DNA of 64,000 bases from Rebecca billardiae RCC1528 (taxonomy: Eukaryota; Protista; Haptophyta): the NCBI GenBank assembly GCA_965240325.2, contig OZ251232.1, positions 868,001-932,000 on the forward strand, read 5' to 3'. The first letter of the stretch is position 1. Every line of letters begins with the position of its first letter. Below, piece by piece: positions 19,000 through 29,437 of this stretch. Position numbers and translations under genes: made by a program. The notes below the pieces were generated by a model. It worked only from the letters and a program-made list of their open reading frames with translations, did no database searches and was not told the DNA's origin.

Positions 19000-21397
19000 G
19001 GCCCGCGGTGCAGGGCGGAGCGCGTAGCGTGGAGCCCCGCCGGGGGCCCTCACTACGTTGTCAAAAAGCAGATCTTTTGATCAAAGAAAAGGGGACGGGG
19101 GACGATTTTGAGGGCTGTTGGAGGGTGAGTTTTCGCTTTTTCGAGGGGTACATTCGCCCATTGCTCTGCATTAGCAAGACGCGATTGACGAAATAGCCGC
19201 GCCCGGGCCATTTCGCATATGTCGATGGACGGACGTGCATTTGTCAGTATATCTGGGTGAACGAATCTGCGATTTGTTGTAAATCTTCATAGCATATTGC
19301 CAAATAGGACGAGGACCCAGCGCGTGCGCTGGAGGTCCTGGGCTCCTGGCAAAAAGTCTTCGTCAAGTACTCAACTTTACTAACGACGAACCTTTATTGC
19401 GCGGTGCCAAATTACTCAACTTTACACCTGAATGACCCCAGTGGGCGGAAATGGCCATATCTCCCGGAGATCGGGAGTACTCACACGTGTGAGTCATGTT
19501 TCGTCCTTTTTCCCGAGACGTTGATTGGTCAAACGCTCAGCATTCTATGTCCACAATTCCATATCGACACAACACAACTCCTACCAACCTGTGTACTAAA
19601 AACCTTGGGTTAGCTGCACAACGACCAATCAGCGCGCAGCGAGCGGAGAGATTCGAAAACCGAGAATCACTCACGCATTTACTATGATGTTTGCTCTTCG
19701 CCCATGCCAACTTTGCACACGTGTGAGTCATGTTTCGTCCTTTTTCCCGAGACGTTGATTGGTCAAACGCTCAGCATTCTATGTCCACAATTCCATATCG
19801 ACACAACACAACTCCTACCAACCTGTGTACTAAAAACCTTGGGTTAGCTGCACAACGACCAATCAGCGCGCAGCGAGCGGAGAGACTCGAAAACCGAGAA
19901 TCACTCACGCATTTACTATGATGTTTGCTCTTCGCCCATGCCAACTTTGCTATTGACAAAAACGCAGCGGCTTGGTTACGACCCATAGAAAGACGACCAC
20001 CAATCAGCACACAGCAAACGAGACAACCTTCACTTTCGAGCGGGCGAAAGGAGCTTTGGCCTTCAACCCGCAGGCATATGCGTTCTGGCGCTGGCCTTCG
20101 TTCGGCGCCCGAGCATCATCGGTAGACGTGTGGCGTGCCGGCCCACGGTCCGCCGCCCTCGCCCTGCTCATCTTCATCGTCTCCTCATCCTCCTCGTCGT
20201 CCGCGCCGCCGCCGTGCGCCAGCGCCTCCGCCAGCGCGGCGCCGCGCAGGTGCTCGCGGAACAGCGCGACGGCGCCAGAGCGCGCCGGCCGGCGTGGCGC
20301 CGGCGGGCGGGCGCGCGGCGCTCAGCGCGGTGCCGAGCAGCCCGCCGAGCGCGCGCAGCTGCGCACCCGCCGGCAGCTCGAGCAGCGCCGCGTGGCACGC
20401 GCCCGCGCCGGCGGCGCCGAGCTCCGCGCACAGCACGGACAGCCCTCGTGCCCACGCCGCCGCGCGCCCGCCCGCGCCCGCGGCGTGCAGCGCGCCGAGC
20501 GCGGCGCCGAGCGCGGCGCGCGCTGCGGACGTGTCGGCGGCGCACAGCGCACCCGCCACCGCGCCCAGTGCACACGCGGCACACGCGAGCAGCTTGAGCA
20601 CGCTCGCGCATGCCAACTGCGAGTGCGGAGGCGCTGGGCGCCGAGCTGGCGAAGCGCGGCGCCGAGCTCGACGCGCTGCGCGACGCGGAGACGGACGCGC
20701 TGGGCGCGCGTGGCGCCCTCGTCGCGACGCCCCGTGCAGCAGCTCGAGCAGCCAGCTGTGGAGTAGACGGCCGTCGAGGCGATCGGCGCCGGGCGCCAGC
20801 GCGCACGGGCTCAGCCCGTGCCGCTGGCTCGGGCCGCCGCAGCCGTCTTCGAGGCCGACGCGGCGGAGGAGGCGGCGGGCGAGCACGGCGGCGCGGTGGA
20901 GCAGGCGCGCACGCGCGGCGGCAGGCGCGACGCGCCGCTCGCCTCGTTCCACCCCGAGCTCCGCTCGGTCTCGGTGCGCGGCTGCCGGCAGCGCAGGCCG
21001 GGGCAGCACTGCGCGGCGCGCGCTCTCGCTCCGTCTGCCGGCACGAGGTGCGCCGGCTGAGTGAGCGACCAGCGGCCCGTCGTCGAGCGCATGGCGCCGC
21101 GCGAGCACGTCAAGCAGACTGTGCGCCCGCACGCGCGCACGCGCTGGCCCGCGCCGCGCGGCGCCTATCGCCCTGCCTGCGCGCGCGCGCCGCCCCGCGG
21201 CGGCCGCTTCCCCGCGCGGCGGCCCGCCGGCGACAGTCCTCGGCCCGCCGGCCCGGTGGGCGGTAACTGAGTTGTGGCGGTGGCAGCTCCGAGGCAAACG
21301 AACTGTTACACATGTCCGACTGAGACAGCAGCCGACGGAGGGTGCACCGCGGGCCCCTAACTGCGTTGGTTCTACGGAAGGACCGCGGAACGCGGTC
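19000..21397 (+). mobile_element. Family-1 non-autonomous Helentron/HLE2-like element, copy 1
   Basis: 5' GGCCCGCGGTGCA (19000-19012) is inverted subterminally at 21343-21355. Terminal hairpin GACCGCG-GAA-CGCGGTC (21381-21397). Flanks AT|...|AT. Both ends and the 3' internal part are shared with 43391-45359. Confidence 0.7.
19482..19950. repeat. Near-perfect tandem duplication, 234-bp unit x2
   Basis: Unit starting CACACGTGTGAGTCATG occurs at 19482 and 19716. The two derived ORFs (19496, 19730) differ by one residue. Confidence 0.95.
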
Positions 21398-21419
21398 ATA
21401 TATATATATATATATATAT

Positions 21420-22540
21420 GTCTAGTCGTCCTTGTGAACGCCGACGGCCAAATGCTGGCTGCCGACACGGAAGGTGCAGGGCACGCATTGCCTGGCCATA
21501 GCGGCAATATGATATGCCAAGGCAGCTTCGGTTTGTGTTGGCTAGCAGCAGCTGTAGCTATATATATATATATATATATACTCATTGTCATCAGTAGCTA
21601 CGTGATGATGTGGGATTTACGCGCGTATCCTCGATGCCTGCTTGGCGAGCGGCAGCAGAATGCAGATGCGGTGGGCTCAGTTCAGCCGCGGCGCGGGCCT
21701 CAGGCTGAGTGAGGGCCTTCGACCACGAGTGCGCCCTGCGTCGCCGGCGGCTGCGGCTCGCGCGCGGGTGGCGCGTCGCGTGCACCGACCATGAGTCACA
21801 TCTTTCGGCAACTCGGCGGTAAGCAACGTTCCGCATCGCGCCCCCTCGCGCTTTGGGCCACTACCGCCTCTCATTCTCGTGACTTCTCTGCGTGCGTGCG
21901 CACTCGGCACACCGAGCGACCGACAGATTGCACCGGTTCCCTCTAATTAATGAGTCGCTACATGCCTCCTCCTCCGTGGGTGCGCCCGGCCACGCGGATC
22001 GCTGCGCTCCATCTCCGTCCCTCCCGCCCGAGCCGGCCGAGGATCCCTCGGGATCGCCCCGGTGCGCAAACGACGTCGTAGCCGGCTCCTACATACTACA
22101 CAAGGACCGCTTGCGGCTACCGCGTGACCGGGCGGCAGACTCTCTGACAGTATCCTCTCTGTCTAGGCTCTCGGGCTCGGCTAGGGAGATGCGAGCCACT
22201 ACTCTTCCCGCCGCGCGGACGACAGCATCCGCCGCTGCTGCTATTTGAGTAGTCGTGCCGCGTGAGTATAGGGCTATAGGCTTCATCGTCGTATATTTAC
22301 TACGCGCGCACACTATGGCGGGCCGTCGCTAGGGCGGCGCTCGCGGCTCGGCCGCTACGGTTAGGGCGGGACGTGGCATATTCTGGCTTCTGCTGCTCCT
22401 GAGACTTCGTTCTGATGCTGCCAGCGCCGCGGCCCGCGGGGCCGGCTGCCTGCTTATCTCTCGTCCTCCTCGGGTTCCATCGCACTCGCACTGCCCCGCC
22501 TGCCCAGCCCCCGCTGGCCGGCCCTCGTGCGTGCGCCTGA
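21420..22540. mobile_element. Degenerate, internally rearranged family-2 element
   Basis: Head at 21420 follows a TA tract and aligns to 37439-37590 with many short insertions. Segments ~21735-22130 and ~22420-22540 are reverse complements of parts of 41890-42400. Confidence 0.7.
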
Positions 22541-22835
22541 GCCGGCCGGGCGCCTCGGAGAGTCGGAGACGGACGGTCGCGGAGCCGGAGCGGCTGGGCC
22601 CACCGTGTCCGCCGGCTGCCACGGGACCGGGGTGTCAGTGCCCAGGGCATAGCCGGAGTGGACGGTGGCCGGGGATGATGACGGTGTAGTGGCGTCGGCG
22701 TGTGCTCTGCGAGCTGATGCTCGCGCCACATTATGTCACTGATTCGTAGACCGTTGATCATCGATCGCAGCATTGGCCGGCTGGCTCAGCGGCTCAGCCG
22801 CGCCGGCACAATCGCGGGCGACGTAGCGCAGCCGA

Positions 22836-23372
22836 CTAAGTCTCACTTGGGCCCGCTGCCGGTACATCATCCACGTTGCCTGGCACGTCGCATACGCGCC
22901 CCACGACACCCGACGTCAGCATGACCTTGATCCCGCGTGGGTGTGTTGCAGAGTTGGTGAGTATTCGCTCCACTACGCCCACTGTCGTTTCACCTGTGCG
23001 CTGATGCTGCTTCTGCACCACGGTGACGTTCATGCCGACATCGATAGACGCACGTCGTTGAGCACTCGTGGGGGGTCCATGCCCAGGGGCAACGGAGGGC
23101 CGTCTATTCGAGCGGCGGCGATTTGGAGAGGGTTGTGCTCGTGCCGAGAAGAAGGCAGGATTGTAAGGCACACCTGGAGAGCGTGCCCTGCTTGCACTGT
23201 TGCGCCCCATGGTTACAGTGGCAAGCGTGCGCTGCGAGAAGCGTGAATGGGATCGCACTGTTGCGGAGCCCCACACCGCACCCCCCACCGGCGCTGCCGC
23301 GAGCAACAGACCGCAAAGATGTGCACGGAGCCAGTTGTGTCCACGGAGCCAGTTGTGTCCACCGAGCTCCAT
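22836..23372 (-). CDS. YwbE/DUF2196-family small protein with N-terminal targeting extension
   Basis: RASIDVGMNVTVVQKQHQRTGETTVGVVERILTNSATHPRGIKVMLTSGVVGRV is the characteristic DUF2196 sequence. Hydrophobic then Ser/Arg-rich N-terminus. Confidence 0.8.
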   Translation of the reverse strand: MELGGHNWLRGHNWLRAHLCGLLLAAAPVGGAVWGSATVRSHSRFSQRTLATVTMGRNSASRARSPGVPYNPAFFSARAQPSPNRRRSNRRPSVAPGHGPPTSAQRRASIDVGMNVTVVQKQHQRTGETTVGVVERILTNSATHPRGIKVMLTSGVVGRVCDVPGNVDDVPAAGPSET

Positions 23373-23568
23373 GGATTCGCGTGAATGCGTGCAGGGCGAA
23401 AGCCAAGCAGGCGAGCGCACTGGTCGGATGCGAGCGATGTCTCCGGCGCCCCGCCCCGGCCGGGGCCGGCCAACCGTCGTCGTTGGCCGCGAATGATTCC
23501 TAAATAGACTTATAGACCACGAACTTGCCTTTTCGACGAAACGGAGCAGGCAAAACGGTCATCGAGCG

Positions 23569-24639
23569 ATGACGGCCGCCGAACTCCGAACGGATCCACC
23601 CACACGTCGAGTGACAGCCACTTCGGCCCAGCAGACCAGCAGACGACGCCATCCGCCAACGCCGTGCATGGGCATGCGTGCGGACGAGGGTGCGGCAGTG
23701 GCTGCTACGGCCAAGGTGGCGGAAGACGAGGCAGCGGCCGTGGTTATGCCAACGAAGGCGGAGGACGAGGCATTCGTGCCTGCGCCTGCCGTTGCGACGG
23801 AGGAGGACCCGGCAGCGGCGGCGGCGAAGACGGCAGATGACGAGGTTGCAGCAGCCGAAGCAGCCATCGCCAAAGTGGCCCTACAGGAGCAAGCTGTGCC
23901 CGGCGTTGCAGCCCCGGGCGTGGACGAGGTCGCTCAGCTCAAGGGCTCTGCTCAGCCGGTGCCAGCCGCTGCCACCGAGGATCCCACCGCGCTTGAGCGC
24001 CCCGCACAAGCGTCAGGCAGCGAGACCGCACGCTACTCGGCGCTGACCGAGGATGAGCTTTACCCGACCGTTCTGCGCTGGGTGGGTGAGGTGACGGGCA
24101 GGCCTGCGCCTGACCCACCCCTCGATACGCACGCGGTGCACACCCACCTCAAGAACGGCGTCGAGCTGTGCGCGCTGATCAACGCTATCCGGCCGGGCAG
24201 CATCAAGCGCGTCGAGAAGCCGATGGGCCCATTCCAGCAGCGTGAGAACATCGCGCGCTTCCTCACGGCCGCGACCGAGCTGGGGGTGGAGGGCCACTCC
24301 CTCTTCCTCACCGGGGACCTCTTCGACGGCACCAACATCAAGCAGGTGTGCCACTGCCTCTTCGCGCTCGGGCGCGCGTGCCACTCGATCGAGGGCTACT
24401 CCGGGCCCACGCTCGGCAAGCCCTCGGCCAAGCTGGGCAAGCACCGCCAGGCGAGCTACAAGGTGAACACCGGCGAGGGCTTGTGGGGGAAATCGGCATC
24501 GGAGCGGCGCGCGAGCGCTGGGAGCGACGCCAGGCTCCGCGCCACCAGCGCGACCGGACCGATCACGGAACGCTACGCGCGCACCAGCCACGCACCTGCA
24601 CAGGCTGAAGCCGACCCGACGGTCCCACGCCCGTCGTGA
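23569..24639 (+). CDS. Calponin-homology (CH) domain protein, transgelin/calponin-like
   Basis: VLRWV...LKNGVELCALINAIRPGSI...FQQRENIARFL...LFLTGDLFDGTNIKQVCHCLFALGR. Acidic Ala-rich N-terminus. Start codon uncertain. Confidence 0.85.
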   Translation: MTAAELRTDPPTRRVTATSAQQTSRRRHPPTPCMGMRADEGAAVAATAKVAEDEAAAVVMPTKAEDEAFVPAPAVATEEDPAAAAAKTADDEVAAAEAAIAKVALQEQAVPGVAAPGVDEVAQLKGSAQPVPAAATEDPTALERPAQASGSETARYSALTEDELYPTVLRWVGEVTGRPAPDPPLDTHAVHTHLKNGVELCALINAIRPGSIKRVEKPMGPFQQRENIARFLTAATELGVEGHSLFLTGDLFDGTNIKQVCHCLFALGRACHSIEGYSGPTLGKPSAKLGKHRQASYKVNTGEGLWGKSASERRASAGSDARLRATSATGPITERYARTSHAPAQAEADPTVPRPS

Positions 24640-25278
24640 CGCGCGGCAAGCAGCACGTCGGCGCGTGGGCAGCCTGGGGCCGAGAGTCGCGATGGCGCGT
24701 GCGCGCGAAGGCGCACCAGCCCCTGCGGGGCTACGATAAGCATTCGCGCACGTCGAGCCGGCGCAGGAGGCGGCGGCGCCGCTTCTGACTATCTGCAGAT
24801 GGGGGCACACACAGACAGCAGAGTCTGTCTCAGTCTGCGGCCGTCGTGACTGTCCTGAGTGGCATCAGTCCTACGGCTACGACATCCGAGACCGCCGAGT
24901 GGCGAGTGCTGGGTCTGACTGGTGTCGTCTTCACACATGATGCCCACCGTGCCCGCGACGATCAAGGCCAGCTAGCGCGCCTGACCAGATCAGAACATCG
25001 TTCTCCGCGACGACGGACACCTCGGGGCGGCCCATGGCACGCCCCCGACGGCCGCCCTCGGCCCCGTCCCTCCGCCTCGGAGAGTGGACGTCAACAAGAC
25101 AAGACTCCTGACCAGCCGGCGAGTCCTGCGAAGCAGCAGTGGAAAGTCCTGCTCGCTGTAGCCAAGTGGACACGTCGATCACTCGGTCCTATTCGGCTGG
25201 GGCGCCATTAGCGGTACTATTGAACCTTGATTCACGCTCATTAGCGCCGGCATCCTGCCAGCTCGGACGCGCGGCACG

Positions 25279-26085
25279 ATGTCGATGATGCGCACGTTGC
25301 TCACGATCAACGCTGCCCTCCTGCTCTGCGTCTCCGTCGAGGCGCAGCTGCCACGCGGCTTTGCGCGGCCAACTGGCGCGGGCGCGGCGGCGGGTGCACA
25401 GGAGCCATCGCAGATGCCGTCGGGCGCAGATTCGGCGAAGCTCGGCCTCGCGGGCCTACAGAAGCTTGCGAAGGATCCCTCTGGCTCGATGGCAGAGATT
25501 ATGGAGGCGCTGAAGGACCCGCAAGCGATGAAGGAGGCAAAGGCCATGATGGAGGACCCCGGGTTCAAGGCCGAGATGGAGAAGATGATGGGCCCGATGA
25601 AGCGCGCAATGGGCGCACTCAAGAACGAGCACCAGATCAACGACCTCGAGGCGCGACAGGGGAGCGAGAACGTGCGTGCGCGCGGCGCCAGTGGGCCGCG
25701 GGCGCGTGCGGGTGTGTGCCCTTCCGCTATGCATGGCCAAACATCCTCACCTGCCGCGCCGCTGACGCGCCGCACCTCGCGCGCCCGCATGCGCGCGCAG
25801 GCGCAACTCGGCATGGCTGGCCTCGCGCGCGCGATGCAGGACCCAAAGATGATCGCCGACGCGATGCGGGCTATGCAGGACCCCGAGACCATGGCGCAGG
25901 TGCGCAAGATGATGGCTGATCCGGCGTTTGCGCAGATGGTGTCGCAGCAGATGGAAGGCGCGAACGAGCTGTTCGGCTCGCTGAACGGCGCGCAGGGTGA
26001 GGCATTGGGCAGCCGGATGCGCGGGCTCGCCGACTATCTCAAGCTCCAGGATGAGCAGCAGCAGCTCAAGGACATGCTGGGCTGA
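25279..26085 (+). CDS. Signal-peptide protein with STI1/DP-type helical repeats (2 exons)
   Basis: Signal peptide. Repeated MxDP motifs (LKDPQAM, MEDPGF, MQDPKM, MQDPET, MADPAF). In-frame GT-AG intron 25672-25800. Confidence 0.75.
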   Translation: MSMMRTLLTINAALLLCVSVEAQLPRGFARPTGAGAAAGAQEPSQMPSGADSAKLGLAGLQKLAKDPSGSMAEIMEALKDPQAMKEAKAMMEDPGFKAEMEKMMGPMKRAMGALKNEHQINDLEARQGSENVRARGASGPRARAGVCPSAMHGQTSSPAAPLTRRTSRARMRAQAQLGMAGLARAMQDPKMIADAMRAMQDPETMAQVRKMMADPAFAQMVSQQMEGANELFGSLNGAQGEALGSRMRGLADYLKLQDEQQQLKDMLG

Positions 26086-26556
26086 TCGGTCGACGACGAT
26101 GTGATATAGCTTACACGTTATTATTTCATAGGTCATGACGAAATAAATACTGACTGGGAAACGAGCCGCGTCGTGGGCACCTCGCGCAGTAGATGACCGT
26201 AGCAGACGCGACGCCGTCATGCCGGAACGTCGAGCAGCGTCGCCGTCTGTCTGCGCTGCGAGTGAGGCCGAGCTGCTCATCCGCCGACTTCGTCTGATCG
26301 CGAGCGCGTGCGTGCCATATCGTGCACATCCCTCGGCCTCATCTCCCCGGCTGCTGCGTGCTCTCAACTGTCCCGCTGAGGCGACGAGGGTGCTCATGCG
26401 CCGCCCAGGTCACTTGGGCTAGTGCTAGCCAGTCACCTGTAGCGTCGCCCCGCCACGCACGGCCAGGCGCCCGACCCTCGGACTGCGCTCGGCAGTCGAC
26501 AGCCGGCAGGCCGCGCGCGACCCGTGCAGGGGCATGGGTGTGGCCGGGCGGCGACC

Positions 26557-29254
26557 TCACGCGCCGCACGAGAGGCACGCCTCCTTGTTGTCGATGGAGC
26601 ACACCAGCTGCGCCATCGCCGCCTCGCGCTTCGCGTCCATGTCCGGGCCGCTCTCGCCCGCGTCCGACTGCGCCTTTGCCAGGAGCGCCTGCTGATCGAC
26701 TGTGAACTTGATCGCGTCGGCCGCGGCGCGCGAGCGCAGGTAGTACATGCCGGTCTTGAGGCCCCTCTTCCACGCGTAGAAGTGCATGGACGAGAGCTTG
26801 CCGTAGTTGGCGTCCTGCACGAAGACGTTGAACGACTGCGACTGGTCGATGAACGCGCCGCGGTCGGCGGCCATGTCGATCAGGTCGCGCTGCTTGATCT
26901 CCCAGCACGTCTTGTAGATGGACTTGACGTCCGCCGGGATCTGCGCGCGCGCGGGGCGGCGCGCGCGCGCGGCGATGAGCACCGCCGCCTGTCCGAGGCG
27001 GCGCGCGCAGCCTCGCGCACCTCGGGGATGTTCTGCACGGAGCCGTTGTGCGCGATGATCTGGTTGCGGATGCCCGCCGTCCACAGCCCGCGCTCCATCA
27101 GGTCGCGCAGCAGGTACTTGTTCACGACGGTGAACTCGCCCGCGAGCACCCTGCGCGTGTAGATGTTGGATGTGTACGGCTCGAAGCACTCGTTGTTGCC
27201 CAGGATCTGCGCGGTGGAGGCGGTGGGCATCGGCGCGACGAGGAGCGAGTTGCGCACGCCGTGCTGCGCGATGCGCGCGCGCAGCTCCGCCCAGTCGTGC
27301 CGCGCGCTCGGCGTGATGCCCCACATGTCGAACTGCAGCACGCCCTTGGAGACGGGCGATCCCTCGTACGTCTCGTAGGCGCCCTCGAGCGCCGCGAGGT
27401 CGCACGACGCGCTCAGCGCGCCGAAGTAGATCGTCTCGAAGATCTCGCGGTTGAGCGCCTTGGCGGCGTCGGAGTCGAAGGGCATGCGCATCAGGATGAA
27501 CGCGTCCGCGAGGCCCTGCACGCCGATCCCCACCGGGCGGTGCCGCATGTTGGACTTCTTCGCCTCCTCGACCGGGTAGTAGTTGTGGTCGATCACGCGG
27601 TTCAGATTGCGCGCGACCGTGTACGAGATGCGCTTGAGGCCGTCGTGGTCGAAGGAGGCGCCGTCGGCGGCGACGAAGCGCGGCAGCGCGATCGACGCGA
27701 GGTTGCACACCGCCACCTCGTCCGGCGCCGTGTACTCGACCACCTCCGTGCACAGGTTGGAGCAGCGGATGGTGCCGAGGTTCTGCTGGTTGGACTTGCG
27801 GTTGCACGAGTCCTTGTACAGCATGTACGGCGTGCCCGTCTCGATCTGCGAGTCGAGGATGGCGAACCAGAGCTCCTGCGCCTGCACGGTCTTCTTCGCC
27901 TTGCCCGCGCGCTCGTACTCGGCGAACTTGGCCTCGAACGCCTCGCCCCAGCTGTCGGCGAGCCCGGGGCACTCGTGCGGGCAGAAGAGCGGCCACTCGC
28001 CGTTCGCCTGCACGCGCTCCATGAAGATGTCGGGGATCCACATCGCGTAGAAGAGGTCGCGCGCGCGCGCCTCCTCCTTGCCGTGGTTCTTCTTCAGGTC
28101 GAGGAAGTCGAACACGTCCGCGTGCCACGGCTCGAGGTACACGGCGAACGCGCCCTTGCGCTTGCCGCCGCCCTGGTCCACGTAGCGCGCGGTCGAGTCG
28201 AACACGCGCAGCATCGGCACCAGCCCGTTCGACGAGCCGCCCGTGCCCTTGATGTACGAGCCGCTCGCGCGGATGTCGGTGCACGAGATGCCGATGCCGC
28301 CGGCCGCCTTCGAGATCTTCGCGCACAGCTTCAGCGTCTCGAAGATCCCGAGGATCGAGTCCTCCTGCATCTGCAGGAGGAAGCAGCTCGACATCTGCGG
28401 CTGCGGCGTGCCCGCGTTGAACATCGTCGGCGTCGCGTGCGTGAACCTGCGCGCCGGGCGGAGCGGGCGGAGGGACGGGCGGGGCGGTTGGCCACGCGAC
28501 GCGCGGGCCAGGGTACGCCTGCGCAGGCACCGCCCGCCCGCGGCCCACACGCAGCTGCGCACGGGCGAGGCTGCCCGCAGCCACCGGAGCGCTTGCGCGC
28601 GCCCGCGCCCTGCGCCCCGTGCGGCGGCGCGCGCGCGGAGCGAGCGTGGCCCCGCGGCGCGCACCAGCGCTCGGACATGAGGTTGTACGTCTCGATCACC
28701 GAGTCCAGATCGCGCTTGTGGATGCCGATCGCGACGCGCATCAGCATGTGCTGCGGCCGCTCGACCGGATCGCCGTGCATGCGGAGCAGGTACGAGCGCT
28801 CGAGCGTCTTGAAGCCGAAGTAGTCGTACTCAAAGTCGCGGTCGTAGACGATCGTGCCATCGAGGCGCTCGGCGTTCTCCTCGACGATCTCGAGCACCTC
28901 GTCCGAGATGAGCGCGGCCGGCTTGCTCGTCTTCGGGTCGACGTACGAGTGCAGCTTGCGCATCGTCGCGGCAAACGACTTGTCCGTCATCTTGTGCAGG
29001 TTGGAGACGGCGATGCGCGCGGCGAGGCGCGCGTAATCGGGGTGCTGCGTGGTCATGTAGGCCGCCGTCTGCGCCGCGAGGTCGTCCAGCTCCACCGTCG
29101 TGACCCCGTTGAACACGCCGGCGATCACCTTCTGCGCGATGATCACAGGCTCGATCACTGCAGGGTCGAAGCTGTAGCAGAGCTTCTTGATGCGCGCGGT
29201 GATCTTGTCGAACATGACCGGCTCGCGCCGCCCATCCCGCTTGACGACGAACAT
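26557..29254 (-). CDS. RRM1: Ribonucleoside-diphosphate reductase large subunit (class Ia), 3 coding exons
   Basis: ATP cone MFVVKRDGR...FDKITARI; [39 protein letters not shown]; C-terminal CLSC. Introns 28447-28664 and 26941-27020 restore the frame. Confidence 0.97.
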
Positions 29255-29437
29255 CGCGACCCGCTGCTAACGCGCTGTGTGGCACTCGCCTCGGCGAGAT
29301 GTGCGGCAGACAGGTGCGCACGCTGCACCCCGGCTCGGCAATGTCGTCGTCCAGTGGCCCGAGCGCTGAATAGGACAACGGTCATTCTTGGTATGTATCC
29401 ACATTCCGGAGCACGCACAGTCACACCGGTCCCGGAC

